Part shown: positions 1 through 14,301 of the stretch, in pieces
Position numbering within the stretch: position 1 is the first letter of the stretch
Layout: each line of letters opens with the position of its first letter
NCBI GenBank assembly: GCA_964016885.1
Contig: OZ024743.1
Span: forward strand, 30,814,001-30,878,000
Direction of reading: 5' to 3'
Source of the DNA: Eledone cirrhosa
Lineage: Eukaryota
Length of the DNA: 64,000 bases
Program-made: the position numbers and the translations under genes
Notes under the pieces: model-generated
What the model saw: only the letters and a program-made list of their open reading frames with translations
The model's database searches: none
What the model was told of the DNA's origin: nothing

Positions 1-3000
1 CGACCCGAAACAGAGGAGGTTGCTGTTTTGCTTTGCGATCCCAATGCAACTCTTTCCGAAAGAGATATCATCCTAGAGTGGCTTGACTCCCGTCTTAAGA
101 GAATCAATAAATTAAATCCAGCCTATGACGCCCTTCAATACCCCTTATTATTTCCCTATGGAAAGGATGGATACAGTCCTGATATCCCTACAATTGTACC
201 TAGAACACACCAAACAGCACAGCCTCCAAGCATTGTTTCCCATATGAACTTCTACAGTTACAGATTGATGGTTAGAACGAACAACTTCAACAGTCTTCAC
301 AGAACAGGGGCTCTTTTGGATCAGTATTGTGAGCATATGTATGCTAAGGTAGTATTTACTCCCCTTTGAGTCATGTGTACATATACTTTTTATTAAAATA
401 TTTGCATAACCATCCTATTCCTTACACTTGCAGATTGATTCAGAACGACTCCTTTGGATTCGCCATAATGAAAAGCAACTCCGTGCAGAAGAATATGCTA
501 AGGTTGGAGACGAGGTTAATAGCAATGACAATGTAACTGCTTCTGAATTTGGTATTCGAATCATCCTGCCATCGTCCTATACAGGCGGCCGAGGTATATG
601 AATGAACAGATGCAGGACGCTCTCACATACGTTCGTCTTTACAACCACCCTGATCTTTTCATAACGTTCACATGCAACCCCAAATGGGAGGACATCCAAA
701 TGAGCCTACTTCCAGGCAAATGACAAGCATATCGCAATGACATCACTGCTCGCGTTTTTCATCTTAAAGTTCGTAAAAGGATTGATTTGTTTAAATATGG
801 TGAAATTTTCGGGCTGATCAAATGTTTTATGTATACTGTTGAATGGCAAAAACGAGGTCTACCTCACGCCCACATCTTACTCTGGCTACAAAGCAAACTT
901 CGACCTTCTGACGTGGACACAGTCATAAGAACAGAATTTCCAAATCACAATGAAGACCCCCAGTTGTACGAAATCATTCGAAGAAATATGGTTCATGGGC
1001 CATGTCGGCACTTTATTTCTACGTCTTCATGCATGGCAAACGGAAAATGCACTAAGAAATATCCACTAAAGCTTTTGGCTGAGACGATCACAGGTAACGA
1101 CGGTTACCCATTATATCGCAGAAGAGCTCCTGGACATGGCGGTTTCACAGCAACAATCAAACATGGATCTAACCGAGAATTTACAATTGACAATCAATGG
1201 GTTGTTCCACATAACAAGATGCTCTGCAAGACATTTAATGAGCATATTAACGTTGAATATTGTAACTAAGTTAAATCTATACGTTACTTTTGCAAATACG
1301 TCACTAAGGGTTCCGATAGAGCCCTATTTCAAGTGGCACAAACAGGAACAACAGCTGCACCAACAGATAAGGTAGAACTGGTTCTAATATGGCGTTATAT
1401 ATCAACCAATGAGGTCGTTTGGAGAACGTTTGGTTTCCCTATACACGAGCGATTCCCCCCCTGTTCAACATCTAAGTGTTCACTTGGAGGACACGCAGAG
1501 AGTTTACTTCACTGAAGAAAACTTACGTCAACATGTTCTTGCCGTAGGACAACTTTGACTGCATTTTTGGAACTATGTATGGTTGACTCCTACGCAAAAA
1601 CTCTTCTGTCTGTATATTGATGATCCTCATTATTATTCTTGGAACCACTCAACTTGCTTATGGCAAAGAAGAAAACAGTACCGACATATTGATTCAGATC
1701 CTGTCATTTTTTTTAAGTGACACAATAGGACGCGTCTATACTGTTCATCCTTTGAACATCGAATACTTCCATCTTCGATTGCTGCTTCACGTTGTACGTG
1801 GACAAAAATCCTTTGCAGCCCTTCGCACAGTGGACGGTCAATTATGCAACCATTATGAGAGTACACTTGAGGAAGCGTCTCTCATCAATCTCCGTCACAG
1901 CTTCGGCATCTATTCGCTATTATGCTGGTTTTTTGCAACTTTGTTGTGGAATAAATACAGGGACCACATGTGCCACGATATATGGCTTCAAACCTATCAA
2001 GCTACCGAAAATTCCACCACTGCTTTTACCCCCTCTATGTATAACGCTGATCTAATTATCTTGGAGGACTTAGTTGTGGCAATCGCAGGCCAACGTTTGG
2101 AGGCATACTGCCCCCCTTCTCCGGATAGAAACCAAGAGGAAACTTTTAATCGACTCCTCTTTAGAGAAACCAGCTCCGACAAAATCAAGCTTCGACAATA
2201 CGTAGCCTCTCCTTAATCCAGATCAAGAATCTGCATACAAATCCGTTCTAAACAAGGTATACAGCACTACTGGCGGGATTATCTTCATAGATGCACCTGG
2301 AGGGACCGGTAAAACATTTCTGCTTAATCTTACTCTTGCTAAGGTAAGGCAGAATGGCGACATTGCGCTTGCTGTTGCCTCTTCCGGTATAGCTGCGACT
2401 CTTTCAGAAGGTGGGCGCACAGCACACTCGACCTTCAAGCTGCCACTGAAGAGAATCCCATCTGCAATATCTCACATAGTTCTGACGAAGCTGCTCTGTG
2501 GAAAAGCTGTAAACTAATTGTGTGGGATGAGGCAAACATGTCCCATAAAGGCTCTCTTCAGGCACTAGATGCTACAATGAAAGATCTTAGATCTAATGAC
2601 AATATATTTGGAGGAGCCATTCTTCGTCTCGCAGGTGACTTCAGACAGACACTTCCCGTGGTACTGCTGATGAAGTGGACGCCTGCTTAAAAACGTCCTC
2701 TTTTTTGGCAGTTTGTTGAGGTACAAAAACTAACAATTAATATGCGATCGCTATTACAAACTGGTCGTCCGTCTACGCCATTTTCCACTCAATTCCTCCA
2801 AATCGGTGATGGTCAACTTGAGTCCGACGACAATGGGTACATTGACACTTCTAGCATTGGCCACTCAGTCTCAACGCGCGATGACTTATGTTCTTCAGTT
2901 TATCCACATTTTTCAACTGAATTCATGAATCATGATTGGCTTTGTGAGAGGGCTATTGTTGCACCCACAAATGCTGCAGTTAAGATGATCAATCACGAAA

Positions 3001-3892
3001 TAGTTGGTCAGTTGCACTCTATTCAACGCTGTTACAAGTCAGTTGACAATGTTACAGACTTTGATCAAGTGCCCAACTTCCCAACAGAGTTTCTTAACTC
3101 AAAAGATCCTCCAGGACTATCCTGCTACGTAATGTAACTCCCCCCTTCTTTGTAATGGAACAAGACTGGTGGTAAAGCAACTGATGAACCTTGAATTGAG
3201 GCAGAAATAATCACAGGACGCGGGCGAAATGTATCTGTTTTTATTCCCAAAATTCCTTTTAACCCTTCTGATTGCCCATTTCCCATGAAAAGGTTACATT
3301 TCCCATTCAACCTTAGTCTTGAATGACCATAAACAAATCTGAAGGCCAATCTCTTAAAGTTATTGCACTGGATCTTCGAACACATTGCTTTTCACATGGT
3401 CAGTTTTACGTTGGCTGTTCTCGAGTTGGTAATCCTGACAACCAGTTTATGTATGCTCCTGACGGGAAACCCGAAAATGTTGTGTATAAATCTGCTTTTC
3501 AATAATCCAAAAGACAATGAGTGCTCCCAACCAACACCCACCTCTTTTTATAACGATTTTCTCATCCATCAGTTCCCCTCTGTTATGTCCAATCTGTATT
3601 GTTATTCCAACCTATGTACATAATAGTGTCTATTATTCACTTCACTTCTTTATTTCATGATGCGCTTTTACTGTTGTCAAAAGAATTTATACCTAGACTG
3701 GATTTCTGTCGTTACATGGGATAACGGATGACACCGAGCTCCCATATTAATTATTTCGCTGGAATAGTGCCAAAAGTTTTCATGTTTACATAAATTACAT
3801 TTTTCTTCTATGTATTCAAATTTACATTGTTTAGTTAAATGAGCTACATCGAAAGCTATTTGAACCGTCCAAAAGACGGGTACTTTAGGTAG
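1..3892 (+). mobile_element. Helitron (decayed Rep/PIF1-helicase), 5' end outside window
   Basis: Rep motifs YDALQYPLLFPYG and VEWQKRGLPHAHILLW; helicase motifs [10 protein letters not shown] (2289), [10 protein letters not shown] and MTINKSEGQSL...FSHGQFYVGCSRV. Many stops and frameshifts. 3' hairpin ccgtc-caaaa-gacgg (3865-3879) then GTAG|T (3889-3892) next to (TA)n. Confidence 0.93.
349..433 (+). other. 85-nt GT-AG intron inside Helitron Rep
   Basis: atgctaag|gtagta...cacttgcag|attgattcagaacga; removal restores MYAK-IDSERL in frame, matching DMAAKMESER in the second Helitron. Confidence 0.8.
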
Positions 3893-3908
3893 TATTTATA
3901 TATATATA

Positions 3909-3965
<57 letters not shown>

Positions 3966-4883
3966 ATATATAGTATATATATACATATATATAGTGCATT
4001 TCATTCTTAGATGTTAAAAAAAAACAGAAAGCTATATCAGATAGTTTGTAACATTAATACACTTGTCGAGAATAATCTATTGAAACATATCGCAATGAAT
4101 ACGTGAAATTTAATTAGCTCCCTTTGAGGCTCCACTTTTTTAGAATTATCGCTTAGTTCTTTCCAGATGAATGTTAGATTGACGTTATCACTTGGTTATA
4201 TATATATTCATATTAATTTTGATATTGATTTCATTTATGTCATTAACCATTTCATAAGTTATTGAATAATACGTATCAAAATAGTTAATATTTCTTTTGA
4301 ATAGTCATGATACATTTTCAGAAGCGATCCCCCAACAGATTGATCATTAGTAAGTAAATCAATTTCAAAACGCTTTTCTTACAGGTAATTACATAATGAT
4401 AGATTGACTGTATATATCCGCTTTCATTACATTATGTGAAACACTTCTGAAGAGATTTGCGTCTACTTTAAATTACTGTCTTATTCCCATAATAAAACAC
4501 AACACAAAGCCAAATCTTTCCGTGGCTGTCTCTTATAGCAATTGTTCTTCCCTGAAGTAGGAGAAATATGAATATACGATTACTCTTGCTATGGGTTGGG
4601 GCCTTACAGGTGGGGGAAGCTCTTTAGCCAACTGGCGCAATTGCTCCAAATTGGCCCTCGCAGCGCTCGAGTTATCTAATCTCTCTCGATTCCTCAATTA
4701 CTCAACACATTTCAATATATATGTAACACAGAGTATTGCTCCACAACTAAGACCAGACTAAAAAGGATTTAAATAATTTAAGATAACTGTGTAACGGTGT
4801 TTCCTGGATGATTAAACTGATCTGTTGAGAGCTAAATTATAGATTTTAACATAAACACGATTTTTGTATATATTTTAAGGTTA

Positions 4884-4921
4884 CTAGCAGAAAAACCACC
4901 CGAAGGGTGGTTTTCTACTAG
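4884..4921 (-). mobile_element. Orphan Helitron-like 3' terminus (hairpin plus CTAG)
   Basis: Minus strand reads ccaccc-ttc-gggtgg-tttttctg-CTAG|T, the canonical Helitron 3' end layout. Confidence 0.5.
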
Positions 4922-5996
4922 CATGTGTAGTGTGCATATTGATATTATATATGCATGTAGATATGATAAATCAAATATAATCGCAATTGACAATATACAG
5001 AGAAATTGAACGAAGACTGCGTTACATTGTCTTATGTAATCAGTAAAGTAATCCATGATACATTTAAAAAAGACAATATTATATATAAACTGCATTAGGA
5101 GAAAATTATTGACGGAAATATATAAATGTTTATTTAAGCGATCGCTAATCGGAAGTGTTGACATTTGAATATTTTAAAGAAGTGAATCTTTAAATAATCA
5201 ATAAAATATATTTAATCAAAAGCTACGAAATTTAGCAGATAAATCATGTAATATTAAGTCCTTACTTATTCAAAGTAATCCAACTTATTTTACAAACAGG
5301 GTATAAAAAAATGATATTCTTGCACACCTTTCTTTATTATAGTTAAGATTTGCTGTGATAAATTCCATAAGCTTAAGCTATATGTTAATACCAACCTCTA
5401 TTTAAATTATATGATATCATTTTTGATACAATATAAGTGATGGGGTTCATAAATATTTCATGGTGTTCATAAATATTAACAAGTTTCCAAGTCAAATTAG
5501 AAATATTTCATGTTAATACCTAACTTAAATGAATGTAAACAGTTAATATTTTGCAATACTTCAATATATATTGGTTTATATAAACAAAAATCATTTTTTT
5601 AAAGTTTGATGTTAATGATTTTTATTTAACTAACGCAATGGGATCCATATTACTAACTTATGCGAAAACTGTAATCATGCTGCTTCTTTTCGTATTCCCT
5701 TTGCTTCTAATAGATGTCTCATATATATTTCCCTTGACAGATGGTGGGAATGGAATTCAGAGCCCACAGAAATGGACACTTTAAACTTCCCGCCACTCCA
5801 TCTTGTCCTATTTTAACGACTCCGAATGAATATATTGCAAAACTGATCTCAGTGCGACTGATAGCACAAGACGCTGAAACAAATATGGAAGTAATTAATC
5901 CCATGCGGATTAATTATAGAATATAACAGTCAGGTTTATGTTAATTATATTATCTGTAAGTATATATTTTTATAATGAGATCATTGTTGGCCACTG

Positions 5997-6405
5997 ACAG
6001 TGGATTGGCAGTATCGGTAGAGGGTCGGACGCCATGCTTTACGATCTGAGTTCAAATCCCGCCGAGGTTAACTTTGCCTTTCATCCTTATGGGATCGATA
6101 AAATAAAGTACCAGTAATGAACTGGGTATTTGTTGGCCTTGTGCCTAAAGTAGAAACAATTATTTATATCGTATTGGATATATAGTGGATTGGAAGTATC
6201 GGTAGGGCGTCAAGCACATACTTTGCACAGTAGAGTTATGTCCCTTTACGTTCTGATTTCAAATCCCGCTGAGGTTAGCTTTGCTTTTCAAACTTACGGG
6301 TTCCATATATAAAGCCCCTGTAATGCACTGGGGTCGATTTAATCGACATCCCACTCCCCTTCGAATTGCTGGCCAAGTGCCTAAAGTAGAAATAATTATT
6401 TATAT
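5997..6405 (+). mobile_element. Two tandem cephalopod-type tRNA-derived SINEs (5997-6170, 6183-6405)
   Basis: B-box-like gagttcaaatcccgccgagg, body ctttgcctttcatcc...tcgataaaataaagtaccagt and 3' end ggccttgtgcctaaagtagaaacaat, shared with many copies in the window. Confidence 0.85.
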
Positions 6406-6732
6406 CTTATACTGATTGTTGCCTATGTGTATTAACTAAAGAATGTTGGTTGTTTATTTTGATAATTTCAGATACCTTATTCTCTGATATTCATTTTATT
6501 ATATACATTGTTCTTTGTGTGATTTTTATTTTCATATACCCGGTATTCAATGCACGAGGTGCATATACATGATATTAATGTTGTGTTAAGATAAATGATT
6601 TAGATATGTTATGCCCTACAATTAGATTACATGCTTCCTTACAATCTGGTATAATAATAAACATGTTCTGGTACTAATAAACATGTTCTATATTTTGAAC
6701 AATATAATTGTTTAGTATCGAATGTACTAACA

Positions 6733-6832
6733 TAATTGTTTCTACTTTAGGCACAAGGCCAGCAATTAACCAGTGTATTACTGGTACTTTATTTTATCGA
6801 CCCCGTAAGGATGAAAGGCAAAGTAAACCTCT
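6733..6832 (-). mobile_element. Truncated SINE, same family
   Basis: aattgtttctactttaggcacaaggcc...ggatgaaaggcaaagt. Confidence 0.8.
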
Positions 6833-7321
6833 AATGTTTACCTCTATTAGTTCACGTGTTTAATATTTAGATATATTTCTAAAGTATAATGTATATTTAA
6901 AAATGATATACTTACTGAATTCACTGATATTTAATTGCATAGTCTTTCACTTTACGCTATTAATATGAATACGTATGTGGTATTATTTCTAGCCACTTAA
7001 TAAAGGTAAGTATATAGTTCCTTAATTGTTCGAATTACTTTTAATATTTGTTTCATTTCACATTAACATTCACATATGCTATACATGAAAAAACGAAGTA
7101 TAGTTCGATAAACCGTTTGATAATTCCTGCTTACTTAACGTGATTGCATAATATATTCTACCTCATATATATATATATCTCTATATATATATAAATTTTG
7201 AGTATGTATTGGCTGTTTACCGACATCCCAGTATGCAGGTTGGTTTGTTTAGTCCGGAGTAATGTAAAATAAGATATGTAAGTCAAACATGTTAGAGTTG
7301 GCTTCGTTTATTCTAATATCT

Positions 7322-7374
7322 CCGCTACGTATATTTCAGTGACAGCCATTATTGGCTGTGGCCTCATCAGGCAG
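7322..7374 (-). ncRNA. Hammerhead ribozyme motif in a PLE-type non-coding remnant (7195-7790)
   Basis: Minus strand: ctgc CUGAUGA ggcc-acagcca-ataa-tggctgt-cact GAAA tatacg UA gcgg. Homologous to 20181-20345. Confidence 0.75.
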
Positions 7375-10300
7375 TAATTGTTACTGTAGAAAACACAGGT
7401 AAACATGATGTTGTGATGTTTTCTGTCAATTCATCGATATGCCCAGCTCCTAACTGTGTTGGTAGTTCTCAGAGGAACTGGAAGCATACGGGCAAGAGCA
7501 AACGAATTTCAGTGTCAGAGGACACGCTCCCACCTCCTTGGTCAGCTATCATACCACTACCCAGCCGAAAGTCTATAGAAATTCTTCAGAAACTCTTCAG
7601 CCTGTTATAGTTGATATTATCAGAATGTTCATGTCCAGCTGACCTACTTTACCGTGGTGGTAGTGGTAGTGGTGTTAGCAGGTCAGACAGGAGTTCAATC
7701 TTGGTAGGGTATGATGGGAAGAATTTATATCTGTAGACTAACTTTCCCTTAACACTACTTCTTGTAGTGGGGTATGCCAAACAAAATGGATATATATATA
7801 TCGAAATAGACTGTTAGAGCGTTCCTTTATTGCGCGTTATAAGCGTTTCCCTCTTTTCAAGAAAATTGAATTTTTCTAGCAGTTGATAAATAACAAAATT
7901 TGCTCGTTTATATATGATATACATTTGTATTTGTTCCTATGTTCAAGTATTTCTTCTGGAAAAACGTTTAAAATAGTTAACTCGCTATATAATTATATTA
8001 ATAATTTATTGAATACTCTACATGTTCATAGCTATGATATCAGTGTTATAGAATCTACATTCCAAGTACAATTTTCTCGTATCCTATAGTTGTTTTCTAC
8101 GATGTATTTAGTAAAGATTTGTTAGGTGTAAATAGCGATTATTGGATGAGATATATTATCTGGTAGCTCGTACACTATATTTGATAGACCGAATAAATGC
8201 TTCATATATTTCCATTAATATGGTTTTATATTTATTAGAAATAATGCAAACAAGTATAATTTTTGTTATTTATCTGATGAAATTAACGACGTGTACATAC
8301 GAAGTTATATATATATTCAGCATTAGTAACTTGCCAGCATATACTTCTTCAATATAATACGTTTCACTCAAAAGTTTGTGACATTTCACTTCTCAACTGT
8401 CAATCTAAATTGCTGGATCGGGTGCTACTATTGTAAGACTTGACAGATATTATCTAGAATATCTACGTATTCATCGTTATCATAATCTAGACAGATACTT
8501 GACTTATTAATTTCTATAAAATTATAGGATTTCGATTTAAGCGGCATATTCTCATATACCTACATTTATATTATATTACATCTTACGGTTTTTATTGTTT
8601 GCACTTTTACATGTAATATTTCTTTGCGTTTGGAATCTGATGAAATATGTGACGTTCATGGGAAATAAGTATGCTTCTACTATCGATTTGTAATCGATTG
8701 TGATCTATATTGAACTGATTTTAGCGTGGTTGATTGGAAATCACGTCCAGTTATGGTTAAGCTTACCTTTCTTCTTTTCTGTTTTCTCTAAATTATTCTC
8801 CTTCTGCATCCGTTTGAAACAATTATTTATCTCTCCTAGAATGTTGGTTTAATTGTGTGTTCTTTATACTTAATAAAAGTCGAAAGTAGCGTTCTTGTTG
8901 TTTTATTTTATTTATAATCTTCTTGAGTTTCGTTGTGGGAATCGATGTTTTGCTTTTATAATGATGTTTCTCAGTCAATATCGAACTAAGCCTCTTTTCA
9001 GGCCATTTGATTAAGTGCACACTAGTTTACCCTTAGTAGTAACCGTATATAACAAAGTAATTACATAAGGACATTTGTTGTGTTGACACACTCCTTCAGA
9101 TTATAGTTCCTCACTTGCTAGATGTTAAAACAAACGATTAGATGGTAAGTACGAGAACGTCCTCCCTAGCTGCAAAATGTATTAACTATTTTGACGTTGG
9201 ACGAAATTGATATTTTGATAAACATCAAAGGGAAAATAGCTACATATTTTGAAATCAGATCAGTGTACATAGTAAATTGTAATATATATATATATATTAG
9301 TAGTGTTGCATAGCGGAGGGAGATGTTAGAAAAATGAAACCGTATATAACAAAGTAATTACATAGTAATTACGAGTCGGTAGGGAATAATTAAAAGCCAA
9401 AGGATAGTAGTTGTAGGAAATCAAATTTGAAGTGGATGTAGTACGTAGCAATTTCAAAGGCACATTCATTCACATTTAGGCTGGTAGAGGCATTGTTTCC
9501 AGGTCCCTAATACATGCATCTATTATCTTCTCCATTATTATAAAGTCAAACATTTATGTTTGCCCTTTTCATTTTGTTTATCCGGACCATTTTATCCTTG
9601 GGCAGAGTTATGAGATTTTCCACAACTTCAAAACTTTGTAGATAGGTCAAGGAGTTTGCTCATAATCCGGGCGTAGAAATAGTCTCTATAACTGACAGAT
9701 GCATTTAGCTAAATCTTATTGTATTCCGTAGTAAAAAAAAAAATGACTTCAGTAACATCCATTTAAACACGAAGGTCCGTCGGCTAATTCATCAAAGAGG
9801 ATGCAGTCTTTGTTTCAAACAATTTTACTGTTTTAAAAGGCACTTTAAAAAAGTACTTAAGCTATATACAAATCAAGGAATAAGATAAAAGCACTAATAC
9901 TACCGATACAAAAAACAGACAGCTGCAGCATTGTATGAAATACAATACAATATAATGCAAATATATCTTATGGAGATTAACTCCCGCTAAAATACAAAGA
10001 AAATATTTCACATATGATTTGACATTAGAGCAATTTCAACTGACAATGGGTATTAAGTGAGAAATCATATCAAGCAGATATATTACTTTAAATGAAGAAA
10101 AGGCTGTAAATATTTACATCATATGCATGTGAGAACCTGTTTGAAATGGAACCTTATTTAACGTGTTAATCTTCTTTATTATGTGACAAATATTGTAAAC
10201 GTATTTTTCTGAAATATAGCTTGCAATGTTTGCAAAGTCTGTGAGTGGGGGAACACCTTGAAATGTACTTTCTTTAGGCAGTTAACTGAGCCTACAGTTA

Positions 10301-10885
10301 CCTACAATTGAAGCTACAATGCTTGAATGAATAAAACATTTACTAAATATAAAAAAACACAACACGATAATGTATTTTGAATAGAAAGTTCAAACAAAAT
10401 GCTTATGCTACTCAAAGATACAACATGTGAGTTGCGAGTGGAACCGCAACGGTTTTATTTAGTATCATATACTCATTATGCAATAACAACGGGAAAACTC
10501 TGAGTAGCGCAATTATTTTATTTATTTTGCTGTACACTTTAACAAATTAACATTACAGAAAACGTGTTGAACAGAAAGGCATAGAAAAACATAAAGAAGC
10601 AATATAAATCACCTCTGACTAAGTTTAATTTCTTCATATGTTCCTGTCTTTTTTCTGTTTAACTTCTAGCTGTCTGATGAGCTCATAACTGTTGCATAAC
10701 TGTTATCACCGAAATATATATAACAGCGATTATGTATAAATGAAAGGAATTCTAATCTATTGATTTTTACTTCATGATTATAATCATACTCCGGAGTAAA
10801 CAGACCCAATTTGTACATTGTAGTGCTCTCTATCCTGCATACAATAGTGTGGGTGATTAACTTACACACACATATTTTACTTAAT

Positions 10886-10952
<67 letters not shown>

Positions 10953-11273
10953 TTGTTAATGTGTCAAAATGTGTGTGCTCGCATGAATATAAAACTGGAT
11001 GTATCAGCAAAATAAATGTATCGATATCAACACATTACAGCATTTGATCACGTCCGTTTGTTATAAAACATACATACACACAAACAAAATGTTCTAGTAT
11101 TTCTAAATAAATAACTCGGCTGCAAACGCGGAGAATTGTTATGTTCGACTAAATCCTCACCAAGTTCACGCTGCAATTCTATGAATCCAGTAACAGAATA
11201 AAATAACAATATAAAGAACACACGTGATGTTACTAAAGCAGAGACACGATAAAATAAGTACCATGAATATTTA

Positions 11274-11430
11274 ATGATTTCTACTTCATGCACAAGGCCA
11301 TCAATTTGAAAGGGAGGGGCCTCGATTAAATCAATCTCCAGTGCATTACTGGTGCTTTATTTTATCAACCTCGTGAGGATGAAAGGCAAAGCTAACCTCG
11401 GGAACAAATTGAACCCGAACGCATGAGGTG
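11274..11430 (-). mobile_element. SINE copy
   Basis: tttctacttcatgcacaaggcc...ggatgaaaggcaaagctaacctcg. Confidence 0.75.
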
Positions 11431-12276
11431 GGTCGTATCAAATGAAACTAGTTCAAATAAACCTATTGGCATGTTATCGATATTTGTTTGATGATAAACT
11501 ACTCGTATGCTAGCGTTGCTGGAATTTGAACAACATCATTAAAATAATTCTATATAAAACGTCATGTTATTTAATGAGCCACAATACTAGTAATGTTACA
11601 AAGCATTAGTAACTAAACAACACATTTTTATAAGTTTACAAATAACATTCTGGCCATGTTCAATAATAATTCTAGTTCTACGCCGTAACATATATGAGAT
11701 CTATGATGTTTGTATTAATAGAGACATCTGAATGACTTTTATGCGAATAGAATCGTTAATTAAATAGCATTGTAACATAAAATCTTTGTTTTTATTACAC
11801 AAACTCATTCAAAAGCCATTTTATGAAGTATTATTTAAAGCCACAATGCAAAAATTTAAACAGCTTTCCTCAAGTTTCGGAAATAAACAATAAAGATCAT
11901 AAATTATTTTGTATTCTGAACAAAATTATCAGTGTCATACACACAAAAATGTAGAATGAAGTACTAACAAATGTAAATAGAGATTGTCAGCGCCAGCTTC
12001 CAAAACTGAATTTTATGTTATATGATACGATATCATAAAAATATGAGAAAACGATACGTTCCAATAAATATATTATTTGAATTGTGAAATGCAAGCCTTT
12101 GTGAATAGAAGGAAATGAACATTCATGACAAAATATGAAACCATATTAATATGTTCAGCACATTACCAGGGTAGCAAGTCTTTAAAGTAAAGCGTATATA
12201 CACATCTCATACCCAAATACCCCACCCCATATTTATATATACATACGTGTATAGGTATTAGTGTACATTGAATAAA

Positions 12277-12465
12277 AATTGTTTCTACTTTTGGCACAAG
12301 GCCAGCAATTATACCAGTGTATTACTGGTACTTTATGTTATCGACCCCGTAAGGATGAAAGGCACAGTTAACCGGGGCATGATTTAAACTCAGTCCATAA
12401 AGGGACGTAACTCTTTCTGCAAAGCATGGCGTCCGACCCTCTACCGATACTGCCAATCCGCCAAC
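12277..12465 (-). mobile_element. SINE copy
   Basis: Near full length: gtttctacttttggcacaaggcc...ctctaccgatactgccaatcc. Confidence 0.85.
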
Positions 12466-12765
12466 ACTTTATATCCACCACACCTCATGCTTTATGTTTT
12501 ATAGATGACCATCATCATCCCTTTGCTCAAGCGCTGACAGAGAAATAATCAACAATAATATTGTTCCTGGGTTATTTCTGTTTCACACGGATACAACTAC
12601 ATGCACACCTGTCATAATCGAACGGATACACTGATGTACCCGAAGGAAGAATTTCCAAACGTCACGTTCAAGGGTATACCTAAATCACTTATGGACACTC
12701 CGATCACATTACCACTGCTATTCCTCTGAGCCAGCACTCACAGTCTATGTAGCTCCGGATGGAAA

Positions 12766-12803
<38 letters not shown>

Positions 12804-13380
12804 TCACATTCACGTAAATAACCACGTTTTACCGCTATCTGCATTAAAACAATTGCTTTTGTTGGAGCTTCCACAGTCCGTGGTGTTGTAGATGTAATTG
12901 TTGTTATTGATGCTATTGTGTTGTTTTTGTTGTTATTGATGTTGTTTCGGTGTTGTTGTTGTTGTCATTGCTACCGATGTAATTGTAGCAGTAATGGTTA
13001 CTTTATTTTATTCTTTGTATTTTCAGAACTACTTTTTTATTTGTTATCCATGTTTTCCGTCAGTCACTTTTATCTCCTGTCTTACTTTATATTTGTTCAT
13101 TTAATGTCTTAAATTTTTTTTATTTATTCGCGTTTCTAGTCTTTAAATGTAAGTTACTGTTTTATCTATCTTTCTTCCTTCCATTAAATCCATTTACATG
13201 TTTATATAAAGGGATCCCGTGATATTTTTTTTCAAAAATTAGATTGTTTCTTTGCCCAAATAAATTTGCATATATGATGAGACGTTGAGAAAATAGTGGG
13301 CCACTATCATTTCGATTGTTCTATGAGATGGTGGATATAGAAAGTAGTGCAAAATGCCAACATTGATACGATCCTGTTTA

Positions 13381-13420
<40 letters not shown>

Positions 13421-13521
13421 TATGTGAGTGTGTGTATTGTGTGTGTGTGTGTGTGTGTGTTTACATACATATATGCGTTTACATGTATGTATGTAAAAAC
13501 ACACACGCACACACACACACG

Positions 13522-13600
<79 letters not shown>

Positions 13601-13604
<4 letters not shown>

Positions 13605-14212
13605 TGAGATAAGCAGAACAAGCAAAATTCAAACAATTTTTGAAAATAAATTAAAAAATATAATTTAAATATTTACCTACTCCAGTTGCTTTTACCGATC
13701 GGTTTCCCTTCACAAAACATTAGAAATCCATGGGGACCTCCAATGGAAAAGTCAAGATCATCAGAAAGCATTTTCCCTTCCTAGGACAAAAAGTCCCAGG
13801 AACGGCAAAATATATTGCCATCTGCTAGCTAGCAAAGGATCGAATGAGGCCAAAATTTGACCTGTACATGAACCAGTCCTTAGCAAAAGCGGAAGTAAAC
13901 ATAGACGTGTTGTCTACTCCACCACTAAAAATAGCAGCCAAATAGAACAGATTTGTTCTCTACATAACGGAGATATTAAATGAAGTTAATAAGCCCACGG
14001 GTACGAAGTACCCCTGGAAATATATAGGTTGTCTATGATACAGGGTTGTTCAATGGTATTAATTTGACACACCAGAATTATAATATTGAGATAAGCAGAA
14101 CAAGCAAAATTCAAACATTTTTTAACATAAATTAAAAAAATTATTTAAATATTTACCTACACCAGTTGCTTTTTCCGATCGGTTTCCCTAAACAAAACAT
14201 TAGAAATCCATG

Positions 14213-14215
<3 letters not shown>
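13601..14215 (-). mobile_element. Retrozyme-like repeat: ~1.27 copies of a 482-bp HHR monomer
   Basis: 13604-13733 recurs at 14086-14215 (period 482); no ORF; (TA)n on both sides; HHR at 13687-13770. Confidence 0.7.
13687..13770 (-). ncRNA. Hammerhead ribozyme (type I, GUA site)
   Basis: tgcttt CUGAUGA tctt...aagg GAAA ccgatcgg UA aaagca; 6-bp stem I, palindromic stem III. Confidence 0.85.
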
Positions 14216-14272
<57 letters not shown>

Positions 14273-14301
14273 AAAGAATAGAGGTGTACCACACAAGTTA
14301 T

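Noticed and set aside
4884-4921. Bacterial rho-independent terminator
   Set aside because: Eukaryotic context; hairpin plus CTAG fits a Helitron end better.
5719-5932. Possible host exon
   Set aside because: Splice-like sites exist, but plus frames hit stops and I recognise no protein on either strand.
8630-8680. CUGAUGA...GAAA motif
   Set aside because: No credible stem I or II; likely chance. The same applies to motifs near 19968 and 38550-38600.
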